Translations under genes and position numbers: made by a program
Assembly: GCA_002269645.1 (NCBI GenBank)
Contig: NIVC01001377.1
Span: forward strand, 124,001-188,000
DNA length: 64,000 nt
Direction: 5' to 3'
From: Macrostomum lignano
Lineage: Eukaryota
Shown here: positions 62,511-64,000 of the stretch, piece after piece
Layout of the letters: the number at the start of each line of letters is the position of its first letter
Numbering within the stretch: position 1 is the first letter of the stretch
The notes under the pieces: model-generated
The model's database searches: none
What the model saw: the letters and a program-made list of their open reading frames with translations, nothing else
What the model was told of the DNA's origin: nothing

Positions 62511-64000
62511 TTTTGGCCCGGTCGGACCTGGACCGCCTGGGACCTTAGCCTAGCTTGAGACATCCCGGAGCGCGACCGTCATTTCTTGATCCCCGGATTG
62601 CGACTTCCCCCATCATCATCAAGGACGAGTCCCCCCGGTCATCAGCAGCGAACATCAAAGTTAAGATCATCACCTGCTAGCTATCTGCGAAGACCGTGAC
62701 ATCAGCATCATCCCGGGTCTACAGCTGCGAAGCATCAAGCCGATTCGGTCACTGTGGATTACCTGGTCTCCGGCTGTTGAGTTTCTGATTGGTTGGGTGA
62801 GAGGCTACCTAGACTTGCTTGATTGGGTGATTCCCTATCTGTCCCCTGTTTCAGTAGCTGGATTAGGCTCTTTTGCTCATTTTGTCCAGTAGTGCTGTTA
62901 CTGAGGCAGAAATCATTCAATAATACTGCTAGTAGTCTGAAACTCCAATTCAATCTGAGGTGTGAAGTGATTTAAGGAGGTTAAATCTGACAGTTATTTT
63001 TATTGGTTTTATTTCTTTGTTCGCCGATGGCTCAGATGAGTAGCTAAGCTAGTAGGCGCCGGTCACAGTGGACCAATGGCAAGGCAGTTCTCAGTCGATC
63101 AATCTATCAAATCAGTTAGCGAAACTGCCAGTAGTGCAGAATCGGCTCCAGAGATGTACTTTGTGCACTCTAGGGTAGCCAAGCGGCTCGGGTGATGAAT
63201 CATGCGGTCTCTGAGGTTCGAGTTAGCCTATCATCAGCGCTATGAGATGCTAGTTGGCGCGTTGAAGGCCAAAAGTACAATTCCTCGTATTTAGCAATGT
63301 AATAGTACATGTAGCTACCCAATAGACTCGCCACTGCAAGAATCCCCTGCACTATGCGATGCGATCCCATGCGATCTAGTCCCAGCAGTGTCCCTTATCA
63401 TCGGCTATGACTTCGAGATTGACAGCAAAAAGACACTAGTTGGCAGGTAAGTGCTAAGCCCCTTCTAGTCGGAAGCCTGATTTCGAGAGTCCCGGTGTGG
63501 TGAGCCAGGGCTGGTGGCAGCGAGTAAGATAATCTGCGGATTAGCTAATTTCTACCTTCAAAATTCTCCCTGCTTGTCTCTCGCTGTCCCTCTCTTAGCT
63601 ATAGGACCTAGACTGCTCGCCACACGATCAAGCTACCATGGGGCTGACCATCTGACAGGAGAGGAGTGGGGGGCCAGGACTCTAATTGATTTATTTCTGA
63701 GACCTGAGGCCCGAAGGCTTCCCCACAAGGGGGCCGGAAGGTCGAAACCCATCAAAAGGATTAAAAGCGCGCCCAAATTATCAAATTAGTTACTCCATAG
63801 ACCCCCCCTTTCGGGTCATAGACGATGAAAAGAAAATCTTCAATAGCTTGATTCTCCCACTAAGGATTAAATTGCTGGCTCCTAGGCTCTATTGGCTTGA
63901 AAAATGCTATGGTATAAACTAGGTTAAAAAGTCGCAATTAATCATGTTGACAACACCGATTTCACGTTGGATTTTTTCCCACTTAAATCTGTACCCAGTA

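Noticed and set aside
63173-63228. tRNA-like stretch with an A box (TAGCCAAGCGG) and partial B box (GGTTCGAGT)
   Set aside because: It cannot be folded into a cloverleaf. At best it is a decayed SINE head.

Overview
Repeat-rich animal genomic DNA with GT-AG spliceosomal introns. The style suggests a free-living flatworm such as Macrostomum, but that is inference only. The main feature is a ~22 kb minus-strand gene (about 42079->19865). In it, ~177 near-identical 99-bp/33-aa ankyrin-like repeats (~24.2-41.7 kb) are joined through three phase-compatible introns to a cGAS/Mab-21-like nucleotidyltransferase (cGLR) whose catalytic motifs look intact. Variation between repeats is confined to a short window that maps to the predicted ankyrin binding face. 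It draws on a small alphabet of module types reshuffled by higher-order duplications, so this is a candidate variable innate-immune sensor. The window also holds: the 3' part of CFAP46; two WSC-domain secreted-protein genes; a hnRNP A-like RRM fragment; two tandem class A GPCR paralogs; a 3.3 kb foldback DNA transposon with the Spy-type AAA|TTT insertion signature and 161-bp tandem-repeat arms; LINE endonuclease and RNase H fragments; a CORE(MIR-like)-SINE; and many intronic minisatellites. Several 1-bp frameshifts look like consensus errors. All protein family calls come from motif recognition by eye; no database search was run.
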